Origin: an uncultured delta proteobacterium
GTDB lineage: Bacteria; Myxococcota_A; UBA9160; SZUA-336
NCBI GenBank assembly: GCA_963704165.1
Contig: CAVPHD010000005.1
Location: 192,001-256,000 of the forward strand
Direction of reading: 5' to 3'
Length of the DNA: 64,000 nt
In this document: piece by piece, positions 51,387 to 60,342 of the stretch
Numbering within the stretch: the stretch's first letter is position 1
Layout: each line of letters starts with the position of its first letter
Program-made: the position numbers and the translations under genes
Notes under the pieces: model-generated
The model's database searches: none
The model's input: only the letters and a program-made list of their open reading frames with translations
Told to the model about the DNA's origin: nothing

Positions 51387-51481
51387 ACGACTCTTGTCGG
51401 GCGAGTACTACGCCGTCGTCGACGGCGGGTCAAGCGTGTCGCGGTTGACACGCGAGCGCGGCGGGTGATAACGATTCGCCC

Positions 51482-51640
51482 ACTCGGTGTCCGCGATGCG
51501 GACCAATGAGGGAAGGCCGTGAGAATCGGCCGCGGTCCCGCCACTGTGATGGGGAAGTCAGACCGAACGAAGCCACTGGGGAATGCCCTGGGAAGGCTCG
51601 GATCCGACGCTCGACCCCTGAGCCAGGAGACCTGCCGAGT
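51482..51640 (+). ncRNA. Cobalamin riboswitch (leader of btuB)
   Basis: ACUCGGUG..AUGAGGGAAGGCCGUGAGAAUCGGCCGCGGUCCCGCCACUGUGA..GCCACUGGG..GGGAAGGC..AGCCAGGAGACCUGCCGAGU. Confidence 0.95.
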
Positions 51641-51682
51641 TTTCGGGACGATCGTCCCGCTCTCCGCGGAGGGAGTCACTCG

Positions 51683-53776
51683 GTGCAGAAGAGTCACTGG
51701 CGAATCGCGTGTGCTCCGGCGCTCGCACTCCTATTAGCGACGGCTTCGCGCGCTCCGGCCGGTGAGCTGTCGGAATCTCCCGACGATCCGTCCGCCTTCA
51801 CCACGGTGATCGATGCACGCGCGTTCGACGAGCGGTTCGCGACCGTCGAGGAGGTTCTCGGTCAGGTTCCCGGCGTGCGCGTGCGCCGTTTCGGCGGGCT
51901 CGGTTCCTCGAGCACGGCCTCGATCCGAGGGTCGAAGTCGGAGCAGGTTCTCGTCCTGCTCGACGGTGTACGGCTGAACAGCGCGCAGCTCGGATCGGTG
52001 GACCTCTCGACGATTCCGCTTCGCCAGGTCGAGCGAATCGAGGTGATCCGCGGCGGTGGCTCCGCGCGCTACGGCAGTGACGCCGAGGGGGGTGTCATCG
52101 CGATCACGACGCGCAAGCCCGAGAGCGAGGCGCTCGGAGCCGACGCTTCGTTCAGTGCCGGATCCCAGTCGACGCTGGGCGGAGACCTCGCGATCTCCGG
52201 GGGCGGTGAGCGGGCACGCGGGCTCGTGACCTACTCGCGCCTGCGCAGCGAGAACGACTACCGCTTCGAGATCGAGCCACCTCCACGCGGTGGTGGCGGC
52301 CGTCCGGGCACGGGAAGCGCCGCGGGTGGTGCGGCGACGCACACGAGGCTCAATGCGGACTTCGTCGAGAATGCGGGGCTCATGCGCGGGTCGCTCGAGA
52401 CCGGCCGTCACTCCAGCCTCGACGCCACGCTCGACCTCTACGAGAAGGACGGTGGCGAGCCCGGTGGAACCTGGGGCAAGCCGGTCGTCGACGTTCCCGA
52501 CGACGTGGTCTCGTGCGTCACGGCCGACGAGTCGTACCGCCGCGGCGTCGGACGTCTGGCGTGGAGTCACTCGCGCGCATTCGGAGGCTCGCTCTCGATT
52601 GCCGGCGCGCTCCGTTCCGAGGACTCGGAGCTCGACGATCCGGGCGGCGCGTGCGGATTCGTGTCGCCGATCGTGACCGGCGGACGCGATCAGGCCCACT
52701 CGAGCGAATCCGAATCGTCTCTCGAGGCGCGCTGGGTTTCGGGTTCGAAGCTCTTCGGTCCGCTCGAGCTCGGCGCGCGTGCCGGGTCGGGCATCCGATA
52801 CGCACGTGTCGATGCGTCGGAGTCGGACGTTCACCGCCGCACGACGGTGTTGATCTCGATCCAGCCCGAGCTCGCGCTCTTCGATCGAGAGCTTCGGCTG
52901 TTCCCGGCGCTCGGCTTCGAGCGCGCGGACACGAGCGAAGGCGAGGCTCGCAGGTCGGCCTCCCAGCCGATGGTGCCGGTCTCGCCGCGCGACGAGAACG
53001 CGTGGTTGCCCTCGGTCGGCGCGATCTGGCAGGTGGCGCCGGGACTGCGCGCGAAGGCGAACTGGAAGCGCGTGCTTCGCCGTCCGACCTTCACGGATCT
53101 TTTCCATCCCGACTGGGGGTTCATCCGCGGAAACCCCGAGCTGCTCTCGGAGCGCGGCTGGAACGCGGACGTCGGATTCGAGCTCGCGGGTCGCGGCTCC
53201 GGACCCCTCGGAGATCTGCGACTCGAGGCGGACGTGTTCCAGCGTGAGCTCGACGAGGGAATCGAGTGGGTGCTGAACGTGAACAACGCGTACATGCCCT
53301 TGAATACCGGCCCGTCGCGCGCGCGCGGCGTCGAGGTCGGGCTCGGCGCGACGCTCTTCGAACGCCTGCAGATCGGCGCGTCCTACACCTACACCGACGC
53401 ACGCTATCTCGGTGGTGGCAGCGACGCCGCCTACGAGAGCGGCGTCGAGCGGATCTTCCCGCACGTTCCCGAGCACGCGTACTCGCTGAATGCCGCAGTC
53501 GACCTCGGCGCGCTCGAGCCTTGGACGGAGCTGCGCTACGAGAGCGAGGTCTCCTACCAGGTCGGGCGCGCGACACTCTCCGACGACGCGCTTCAGATCG
53601 ATGCCGGCGTGATCCTCCGGCCGGAGCGCATGCGCGGCCTCGCGTTCCTGCCGTCGGGCGTGACGCTCTCGGTCGAGGCTTCGAACCTGACGGGCGAGCA
53701 GCGCAGTGACTCCCTCGGGCAGCCCCTACCGAATCAGACGCTCTGGCTGGTTCGTGTTCGCGGTGCGACGAGATGA
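51683..53776 (+). CDS. btuB: TonB-dependent receptor, cobalamin transporter BtuB-like
   Basis: GTG after ggagggag; plug motifs VPGV, SIRGS..EQVLVLLDGV, IEVIRG..SARYGSDA.GGVI; GNPELLSE; directly behind a B12 riboswitch. Confidence 0.85.
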   Translation: MQKSHWRIACAPALALLLATASRAPAGELSESPDDPSAFTTVIDARAFDERFATVEEVLGQVPGVRVRRFGGLGSSSTASIRGSKSEQVLVLLDGVRLNSAQLGSVDLSTIPLRQVERIEVIRGGGSARYGSDAEGGVIAITTRKPESEALGADASFSAGSQSTLGGDLAISGGGERARGLVTYSRLRSENDYRFEIEPPPRGGGGRPGTGSAAGGAATHTRLNADFVENAGLMRGSLETGRHSSLDATLDLYEKDGGEPGGTWGKPVVDVPDDVVSCVTADESYRRGVGRLAWSHSRAFGGSLSIAGALRSEDSELDDPGGACGFVSPIVTGGRDQAHSSESESSLEARWVSGSKLFGPLELGARAGSGIRYARVDASESDVHRRTTVLISIQPELALFDRELRLFPALGFERADTSEGEARRSASQPMVPVSPRDENAWLPSVGAIWQVAPGLRAKANWKRVLRRPTFTDLFHPDWGFIRGNPELLSERGWNADVGFELAGRGSGPLGDLRLEADVFQRELDEGIEWVLNVNNAYMPLNTGPSRARGVEVGLGATLFERLQIGASYTYTDARYLGGGSDAAYESGVERIFPHVPEHAYSLNAAVDLGALEPWTELRYESEVSYQVGRATLSDDALQIDAGVILRPERMRGLAFLPSGVTLSVEASNLTGEQRSDSLGQPLPNQTLWLVRVRGATR

Positions 53777-55545
53777 GTGCTGCAGCCGTCCTGCTCGCCG
53801 CGACGCTCAGCGTCGGCTCGGCCTCGACCGACACGCTGCTCGTCGATGCGTTCGCGCCCCCGGCACTGGAGTCACACCCGACCGACGCCGACCGCGCGTT
53901 CGTCGCCGCGTCGAGCAATGGCCCGGGCGTCTTCGAGCTGCGGATCGCGCCGGGGCAGTCGCTCGCCTACGTGGGCGCGTCGTATCTGCTCCCGGGGAAC
54001 CTGAACTGCACGGAGTCGGCGCCCTTCACGGTTCCGACGCTCGGAAACGTGACGCTCGAGCGCGGGACCGGCGCGAGCCGGGGCTGGATCACGACTTCGG
54101 GCTGCGAGCTCGCTTTGCCGTTCAACTGGGCGACCGGCGCCGGATGGCCGTTGCTCTACTCGTCGCAGAGCCGCACGTCGGTTCCGACCCGGCACACGAT
54201 CGCAGGCGCCTTCACGCGCTATCAGAACGGCGGCGGCGGCGCCTCGATCAGCTCGTTCAAGACCAACTTCACGAGCGCGGCGCTTCGGATCGGGAGCCGG
54301 CTGGTGGTCGCGACCTCGAACATCCATCAGGCGGGGTCGAATCCGGTCTGGAACCCCGGCACGGTGCTCTTCTTCGCGATCGACGATTCCGGGCCGACGA
54401 CGACCGTCGCGCCGGCGAGCCCGTTCTTCGCGATCACCTCGGAGCCGAACCCGGTCGCGCTGACCGAGCTCCCCGGTGGGCGCGTTGCGGTGACCAACGC
54501 GGGGATCTTCGATGCCGGCTTTCCTCCGCAGCTCACCGGCCGGGGCAGCATCGACGTGCTCGACGCGCAGACAGGACTCTTCGTCGGCTCGATTCCACTC
54601 GGAGCCGGCAATCCGGCGGGCCGTGGGCTCGCGCTCGATCCGACGAGTTCGGTCGCGGTCGCGGGTTCTGCGACGTTGCGCCAGCTGGTCGCGATCGACA
54701 TTCGCGGCATCGCGGCGCTTTCGACGGTCGCGGTCGATGCGCGCCTGCAGCGACCGTCGTGCAATGACGGCACGCCCGCGACCGCCGGGGGCGTCCCGTG
54801 TCTGCGTGAACGGGTGATCCGCGACGGCGCGAATCCGATCGTACTCCCGCCGCCACCGGGATCGAGCGGTCTCTACTCGTACGTCTCGCAGGTGCGCTTC
54901 GGCGCCTCGGGGGACTTCCTCGCCGCCACGTCGTACAACGACGGAGGCCTCGCGCTGCTCGCCTTCGACCCCCGGAACCTCTCGACGCCGCACCCGCTGC
55001 TCGCGTCGCGTTTCGGTGTAGCCCAGACGCTCGCCGCCACGGGCCCCGCCGGCGTGATCGGCGAGGAGTGCTGTCCGGGTCCGATGATCCTGCACGCGAA
55101 CAGCGGGGGAGGACTCGCTGGCGCGGATCTCCTGCTCGCGACCGCGAGCCCCAACGGCATCGTCGTTCGCGGGCACCTCGCCGGAGCCGTCACGTCCGCG
55201 ACCGGTGATCACGATGGCGACGGCGTCGAGGACGCGCTCGACGACTGCCCGGTCACTTCGAACGCCGCACAGACCGACTCGGGTGGACTCGCGACCCCGG
55301 TCCCCGATGGAATCGGCGACGCGTGTCAGTGCGGCGACTCGAGCGGCAACGGCATCGTCGATCTCGCGGACGTGGGCGCGCTGCGCTCGTTCCTGGCCGG
55401 CTCTCTGGGCGCGCTTCCCGCGCCGGAGAAGTGCGACGTCGGAGGCAGCATCGGCTGCGATCTCGAGGACTTCGTCCGGCTGAGTCGGGCGCTCGGGGGA
55501 CTCGCGCCCGGGATCGCGCATGTCTGCGGGCCGTTTCTCCCGTAA
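53773..55545 (+). CDS. Secreted beta-rich (propeller-like) protein with TSP3-like and dockerin-like C-terminus
   Basis: ATGA coupling to btuB; signal peptide; NPVALTELPGGRVAVTNAG, GSIDVLD; tail DHDGDGVEDALDDCP..DGIGDACQCGDSSGNGIVDLADV..CDVGGSIGCDLED. Confidence 0.75.
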   Translation: MSAAAVLLAATLSVGSASTDTLLVDAFAPPALESHPTDADRAFVAASSNGPGVFELRIAPGQSLAYVGASYLLPGNLNCTESAPFTVPTLGNVTLERGTGASRGWITTSGCELALPFNWATGAGWPLLYSSQSRTSVPTRHTIAGAFTRYQNGGGGASISSFKTNFTSAALRIGSRLVVATSNIHQAGSNPVWNPGTVLFFAIDDSGPTTTVAPASPFFAITSEPNPVALTELPGGRVAVTNAGIFDAGFPPQLTGRGSIDVLDAQTGLFVGSIPLGAGNPAGRGLALDPTSSVAVAGSATLRQLVAIDIRGIAALSTVAVDARLQRPSCNDGTPATAGGVPCLRERVIRDGANPIVLPPPPGSSGLYSYVSQVRFGASGDFLAATSYNDGGLALLAFDPRNLSTPHPLLASRFGVAQTLAATGPAGVIGEECCPGPMILHANSGGGLAGADLLLATASPNGIVVRGHLAGAVTSATGDHDGDGVEDALDDCPVTSNAAQTDSGGLATPVPDGIGDACQCGDSSGNGIVDLADVGALRSFLAGSLGALPAPEKCDVGGSIGCDLEDFVRLSRALGGLAPGIAHVCGPFLP

Positions 55546-55557
55546 GCTCCGCCGGCG

Positions 55558-56289
55558 ATGAAGAACGAAGAGGTGCGGCAGCTCGCCGGTCCCGTCGAGA
55601 TCGACGAAGCGCTGCGCGAAGGCCGGGACGTGCGACTTCTGCTCGTGCAGGAGGATGCGCGCCACGAGGACGTGGTGAAGCTCGTCGCGCGCGCGCAGGA
55701 ACTCGGGATTCCCGTACGCACGGCGACGCGCAACGTCGTGTCACGGCTGTGCAGGGTGAGGCCGGCGGAGGAGGTCCTCGCGCTCGTCGGTCGCGATCCG
55801 GACGCGGACCTCGCCGCGTCATTGGCGCGTCGCGGCGCGTTCTGGCTGCTCGTCGGCGTCGTCTACCCCGGGAACATCGGCATGGTGATTCGGACCGCCG
55901 AAGTGTCCGGCGCCGACGCGATCGCCATCGACGGCGAGTTCGACCACGAAGCCAAGCGCGCCGCACTTCGCGCGGCGATGCGAGCCGACAAGTTCATGCC
56001 CGTGTTCTGGCGGCGCGCCGGGGAGGTCCTCGACGCTGCGCGCGCGACGGGGCACTCGGTGCTCGCGCTCGACGAGTCCGCCGATCGCGCGCCGTGGCAG
56101 ATCGATCTCCTGGGGCCGAAGGTCTTCGTCGTGGGTGGCGAAAACGGTGGGATCCCGCCCGAGATCCTCGCGCGCTGCGACTCCGCGATCCGCGTGCCGA
56201 TGGGCGGCTTCATTCCCTGCTACAACCTGCAGGCGGCGGTGTCTGCGATCGCGACGGAACGGTTGCGGCAGCTCTCGAACGCGGACTGA
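55558..56289 (+). CDS. TrmH/SpoU family RNA methyltransferase
   Basis: PGNIGMVIRTAE..G, VVGGENGGI, IRVPMGG...YNL.AA. Confidence 0.88.
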   Translation: MKNEEVRQLAGPVEIDEALREGRDVRLLLVQEDARHEDVVKLVARAQELGIPVRTATRNVVSRLCRVRPAEEVLALVGRDPDADLAASLARRGAFWLLVGVVYPGNIGMVIRTAEVSGADAIAIDGEFDHEAKRAALRAAMRADKFMPVFWRRAGEVLDAARATGHSVLALDESADRAPWQIDLLGPKVFVVGGENGGIPPEILARCDSAIRVPMGGFIPCYNLQAAVSAIATERLRQLSNAD

Positions 56290-56300
56290 TTCGCGCCCGC

Positions 56301-56537
56301 TCAGTCGTCGGTGTCGTCGTCTACGTCGGATTCCCGAGACGGGTCCATGGCGTCATCGACGTCCACCTCGCGGCTCTCGTCGTCGAGGTCGTCTACGTCG
56401 AACTCCCGCGAGGGATCCATCGCGTCGTCCACGTCCACCACTCGGCGCTCGTTCGGCTCCTCATCGGCGAGCGACGTTTGCGCCAGGAGCAGGCCCGACA
56501 TCAGCCCGACGGCAATCAGCGTGCGTACGGTCGTCAT
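56301..56537 (-). CDS. Small secreted acidic repeat protein
   Basis: Signal peptide then two copies of VDVDDAMDPSRE.DVDD; alternative start at 56546. Confidence 0.7.
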   Translation of the reverse strand: MTTVRTLIAVGLMSGLLLAQTSLADEEPNERRVVDVDDAMDPSREFDVDDLDDESREVDVDDAMDPSRESDVDDDTDD

Positions 56538-56584
56538 GCCGGACATGATCGGCAGGGAGCCGGCAGCTTTGTAGCGACGAATGA

Positions 56585-58945
56585 CTACGCCGCCGCCGGG
56601 TCTTCGGGTACGAACCGGAAGAAGCCGGCGCACTCGAGCACGGCCGTTTCGGCCACCTCTTGCTCGCACATCGAGCCGAGTTCGCGGATCCCGTCCGCCG
56701 CGCGGGCGTCGAGCTTCAGCTCCTCCGGCTTGGCGGGGCGGGCCCTCGGAAGCAGCTCGATGATCTTTCTGGCCCATTCGGGGCGATGCTCGCCCTTGGT
56801 GTCGAAGACGACTGGCTGCACGGACGCGCCGTCCTTGAAGATGCAGATCACGCCCGCGCCGCGGTGATCGGAAGACGGCACGGTGAACATCGCGGTACGG
56901 CCGCGCGTGCCGTCCTCGAGCTCGAGCAGCAGGCCCTCGACGAGCGGGTGGCCACTCGCGAAGAAATCGAACTCGTCCTTCTGCAGCGCCTCGACACGCT
57001 CGAAGGTGCCGAGCCAGCGGCTCTCGTCGGGCACACCCGGGATCGACTCGACGGTGAGCGAGGTGCCGAGCTCGAGGTAGTAGAGCGCCGTGCCTCCCTT
57101 GTCGACGATCTTCAGGCCGAGGTCGTTCGCGGCGCCGAGCGTGTAACGCCGCGTCAGGGACTCGAGCTCGGGGGGCACGAGTGCGAGCAGCTTCTCGGCC
57201 TGTGACTCGTCGTAGGCGTCCTGGTAGATCACGCGCGGGATGTCGGCGATCGTTCGCGCGCGCGCGGCGTCGATCGACGCGCAGAGCGCGTCCGCGTCGA
57301 GATCGCTCCCCTCTCGCTCCGACCGTTCGAGCGCTTCGCGCACGCCCGAGAGCGCGAGATCGAGGCCCGCCGACGGTCGGCCGAACAGATCGAGCCGCTC
57401 GTAGAGTCCGGCCGTATCCGGCTGCGATTTCTCGCAACGGAAGTAGACGATCTCGACGTCCTTCGTGCGGCCGATCCGATCGAGGCGGCCGATGCGCTGC
57501 TCGAGCGTGACCGGATCCAACGGGAGATCGAAGTGCACCATCCGGTCGCAGAACTGGAAATTGCGTCCCTCGGTCGCCGCCTCGGTGCAGAGAAGTACGG
57601 GCAGATTCGTCTCGCGAAAGCGCGCGACCTCGAGGTCGCGCTGTGCGGGAGTGAGCGCCTCGTGAAACGTCGCCATGTGCGTGTGCGTCGTCGTCTCGAG
57701 GTGCTTGCGCAGCTTCTCGAGTCGCTCGAGGTCGTGCACGAAGACGAGCGCCTTCTCCTTCCGCTTGTGCCAGCCGCGGACGTTCTTCGCGAGCCACTCC
57801 GCGCGCGGATCCTTCTTCAAGTCCTTCGTCGTCGGGCCGAGATCGATCCGGATCGGTTTCCTCGGCGGGAGTCCGCCGAGATCGCTGCGGCGCACGGCGC
57901 TCGTGCACGGAAAGACCGCCCGACCTTCGGACACCGATGCGTCGAACGCATTGAACTCGCTGAACCGATCCGGGTGAAGGAGCTGCAAGAGGTGGAAGAA
58001 GCCGCGCCGATCCGCCTGCAGCGGCGTTGCCGAGAGCAGGATCGCGTGCTTCGACTCTCGGATGATCGGCGCCACCGCGGCATCGACGTCCTCGAGCGCG
58101 AGGCGATGGGCTTCGTCGACGACGACGAGGTCGAGATCGGCGTTCCGCGCCATCCGCGCCAGAGCCGGATCGGTGGCGAGATCCTCCATCGAGATCACCC
58201 CGAAGGGGTGCACGTCGAAGGGATTGTTTCCTTCACCGTAGTCGCGTTCGACGCTCTCGATGCGCGCCTCGTCGAGCAGCACGAAGACCTGATGGAATTT
58301 TCGGTAGAGCTCGCCCAGCCACTGCACCGTCAGCGTCGAAGGTGCGATCACCAGCGCGCGCTTCGCGCGTCCGGTGCGAACCAGAGCCGAGAGCACGAGA
58401 CAGGCCATGATCGTCTTGCCGAGCCCGACCTCGTCCGCGAGCAACCAGCGGACGGAGTCCATCCGAACCGCCGCGAGTGCCGTGTGGAGCTGGTGCGGAA
58501 AGAGGGCGATGCGTCCGCCGAGGAAGCTGCCGAGTCCTCCGGCTTCGCGGATCGTTCGCAGCGAGAACCCATCCACGCGATTTCGGAACGATCCGAGGCG
58601 ATCGAGCTTGAACAGCGCGAGTCGCTCGATCGGGCCCGGACTGCCCTCGACGGGCCACAGGTCGGCATCCTCGACGCGCCGTCCGTCCGCGAGCAGGTAC
58701 GCGTCACCGTCCCAACGGTCGATGCGCACTTCGCGTTCGGCCGTGAGCTCGATCGCGATCGACCCCGGCGCCATGATCAGCGGCGTCAGGCCCGCGCCCT
58801 GCGCCGCGAGCGTGACCTCGCGTTCGACGGCCGGGAAGTACACCACGAGATACCGGCCGTCGACACGACGAACGAGACCCACCCCAAGCTCGGGATTGAA
58901 GGGGTGGACGAGCTTGCTGCCTTCCCGCCAGGCTGGGGTCGCCAT
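56585..58945 (-). CDS. rapA: RapA/HepA-like SNF2 family ATPase
   Basis: NPELGVG, PHQL, LLADEVGLGKT, DEAH, LSATP, LLCTE...EGRNFQF, EQRIGRLDRIG, HPLV. Confidence 0.8.
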   Translation of the reverse strand: MATPAWREGSKLVHPFNPELGVGLVRRVDGRYLVVYFPAVEREVTLAAQGAGLTPLIMAPGSIAIELTAEREVRIDRWDGDAYLLADGRRVEDADLWPVEGSPGPIERLALFKLDRLGSFRNRVDGFSLRTIREAGGLGSFLGGRIALFPHQLHTALAAVRMDSVRWLLADEVGLGKTIMACLVLSALVRTGRAKRALVIAPSTLTVQWLGELYRKFHQVFVLLDEARIESVERDYGEGNNPFDVHPFGVISMEDLATDPALARMARNADLDLVVVDEAHRLALEDVDAAVAPIIRESKHAILLSATPLQADRRGFFHLLQLLHPDRFSEFNAFDASVSEGRAVFPCTSAVRRSDLGGLPPRKPIRIDLGPTTKDLKKDPRAEWLAKNVRGWHKRKEKALVFVHDLERLEKLRKHLETTTHTHMATFHEALTPAQRDLEVARFRETNLPVLLCTEAATEGRNFQFCDRMVHFDLPLDPVTLEQRIGRLDRIGRTKDVEIVYFRCEKSQPDTAGLYERLDLFGRPSAGLDLALSGVREALERSEREGSDLDADALCASIDAARARTIADIPRVIYQDAYDESQAEKLLALVPPELESLTRRYTLGAANDLGLKIVDKGGTALYYLELGTSLTVESIPGVPDESRWLGTFERVEALQKDEFDFFASGHPLVEGLLLELEDGTRGRTAMFTVPSSDHRGAGVICIFKDGASVQPVVFDTKGEHRPEWARKIIELLPRARPAKPEELKLDARAADGIRELGSMCEQEVAETAVLECAGFFRFVPEDPAAA

Positions 58946-59145
58946 GCGACGCGTTGGGTAGCCCAGCCCGCGTCGCTTGCAAAGCCCCGTGCGCGCAGGT
59001 CCCGCGCAGCTTCCCTGCCCGAGTGGCGGCAGGCGCAGGTCGATCGCTCGAAGGACCCGCCGATGCTACGGGATCGGACTCGGCTCGGCACCGAAGTTCG
59101 CGCTTGACCCGGCTCGGTACGGCCGCGTATTCATGCGGATCAGAA

Positions 59146-59163
59146 CCGGAATTCTCATTCCGG
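59146..59163. promoter_or_regulatory. Inverted repeat, candidate TetR operator
   Basis: CCGGAAT-tctc-ATTCCGG, between a TTGACC(59104)/TATTCA promoter-like site and the tetR start. Confidence 0.45.
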
Positions 59164-59187
59164 CAACTCGATGACGGGAGATTCGCA

Positions 59188-59862
59188 ATGGCCGCCCCCC
59201 AGCTACAGCCCCAGGCGCTCGAATGGGTCCGCCCACCCCGCCAGGCGCGCAGCCATCTGACGCTCGGTCGGATTCTCGATGCCGCGGAGTCGCTGCTCCG
59301 AGAGAAGTGCTGGGAGGACGCCTCGGTGGCGGAGATCGCCCGCTGCGCCGGATCGTCCGTGGGAGCGTTCTACTCGCGATTCCGGGACAAGGATGCGCTG
59401 CTCACGGCGCTCCACGAGCGCTTCGTCGAGGAGGCCATCGCGACGGCCGAGCACGCGATGAGCGAGCAGCGCTGGGCGGGCTCGTCGATCTGCGAGATCG
59501 TCCGCGAGCTCGTGGCGTTTCAGGTTCGCATCCAGGATCAGAACGCGGGGCTCGGGCGGGCGATCGTTCGACGCGCCTCGGTGAACCCGGATTACCAAGC
59601 GCGAAGTCTGCGGCTGGCCAGACACATCGAAGAGCTCTTCGCTCGCCTCGTCGTCGCGCGTCGTCACGAGATCCTGCACCCGGTCCCGGTCGTCGCGGCC
59701 GCATTCGCGAGCCGTCTGATCTCGGGCGTGATGCTGCACCGGCTGGTCTTTCCCCTGACGGCCAGCATCGGCAGCCCCGGCGCCTCGCTCGTCGAAGAGC
59801 TGACACACGCTGCGCTTGCCTACCTCGGTGTCTTCCCCGAGGACGCGATCGACGCCTACTGA
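59188..59862 (+). CDS. TetR/AcrR family regulator
   Basis: RQARS..T..RILDAA, SVAEIARCAGSSVGAFYSRFRDKDALL. Confidence 0.9.
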   Translation: MAAPQLQPQALEWVRPPRQARSHLTLGRILDAAESLLREKCWEDASVAEIARCAGSSVGAFYSRFRDKDALLTALHERFVEEAIATAEHAMSEQRWAGSSICEIVRELVAFQVRIQDQNAGLGRAIVRRASVNPDYQARSLRLARHIEELFARLVVARRHEILHPVPVVAAAFASRLISGVMLHRLVFPLTASIGSPGASLVEELTHAALAYLGVFPEDAIDAY

Positions 59863-59869
59863 GCCGACG

Positions 59870-60309
59870 ATGCGTGCGTCCTTGTGGGTCGCCTGCGTCG
59901 CGCTCGTGTTCGCCTGCGGGCGCGAGGAGCGGGTGTCGGTCCCCGAGGCCGCCCCGGTCGCGAGCGCGCCCGTGGACCCGCTCGGCCGCCTCGATCCGGC
60001 CCCGTACCGCCCGGAGATCGAGGCGGCGGAGAACTTCTCTACGCCGGGGAGGGACTCTCGGCCGACGGCTGGAAGGCGCTGTCGAAGGCACTGCTCGAGC
60101 TGCACAACGAGATCGTCTTTCGCGACGAGTCCGCGAACGCCCGAGACACGAGCGCGAAGCTCTTCTTCCTCTCCGCCCGCGCGGAGGCCACGAACAGCCG
60201 GGACGACGGCGATGCCGAGCTCGCCGAGCTACGCGAGCTCTGGAAGCAGCTCAGCGCGGAGGGATTCGCGCCAGCGGATTGGATGCGCGCAAAGGCGGCC
60301 GCCCCCTAG
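59870..60309 (+). CDS. Hypothetical lipoprotein, frameshift near 60035
   Basis: MRASLWVACVALVFAC lipobox; continues in another frame as LLYAGEGLSADGWKAL... Confidence 0.55.
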
Positions 60310-60342
60310 CCTCGACAGCGACGCGGACCTGCAGTCCGATTC

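Noticed and set aside
51200..51697. Long N-terminal extensions of the PEP-CTERM and btuB ORFs in the track
   Set aside because: They run through the riboswitches; SD-supported starts with signal peptides are at 51199 and 51683
56320..56440. DNA direct repeats as a CRISPR-like array
   Set aside because: Only two degenerate in-frame copies within a coding sequence; no spacers or cas genes
56585..58945. SNF2 helicase as an anti-phage defence system (DISARM-like)
   Set aside because: Motifs fit RapA and there are no methylase, nuclease or other defence partners adjacent
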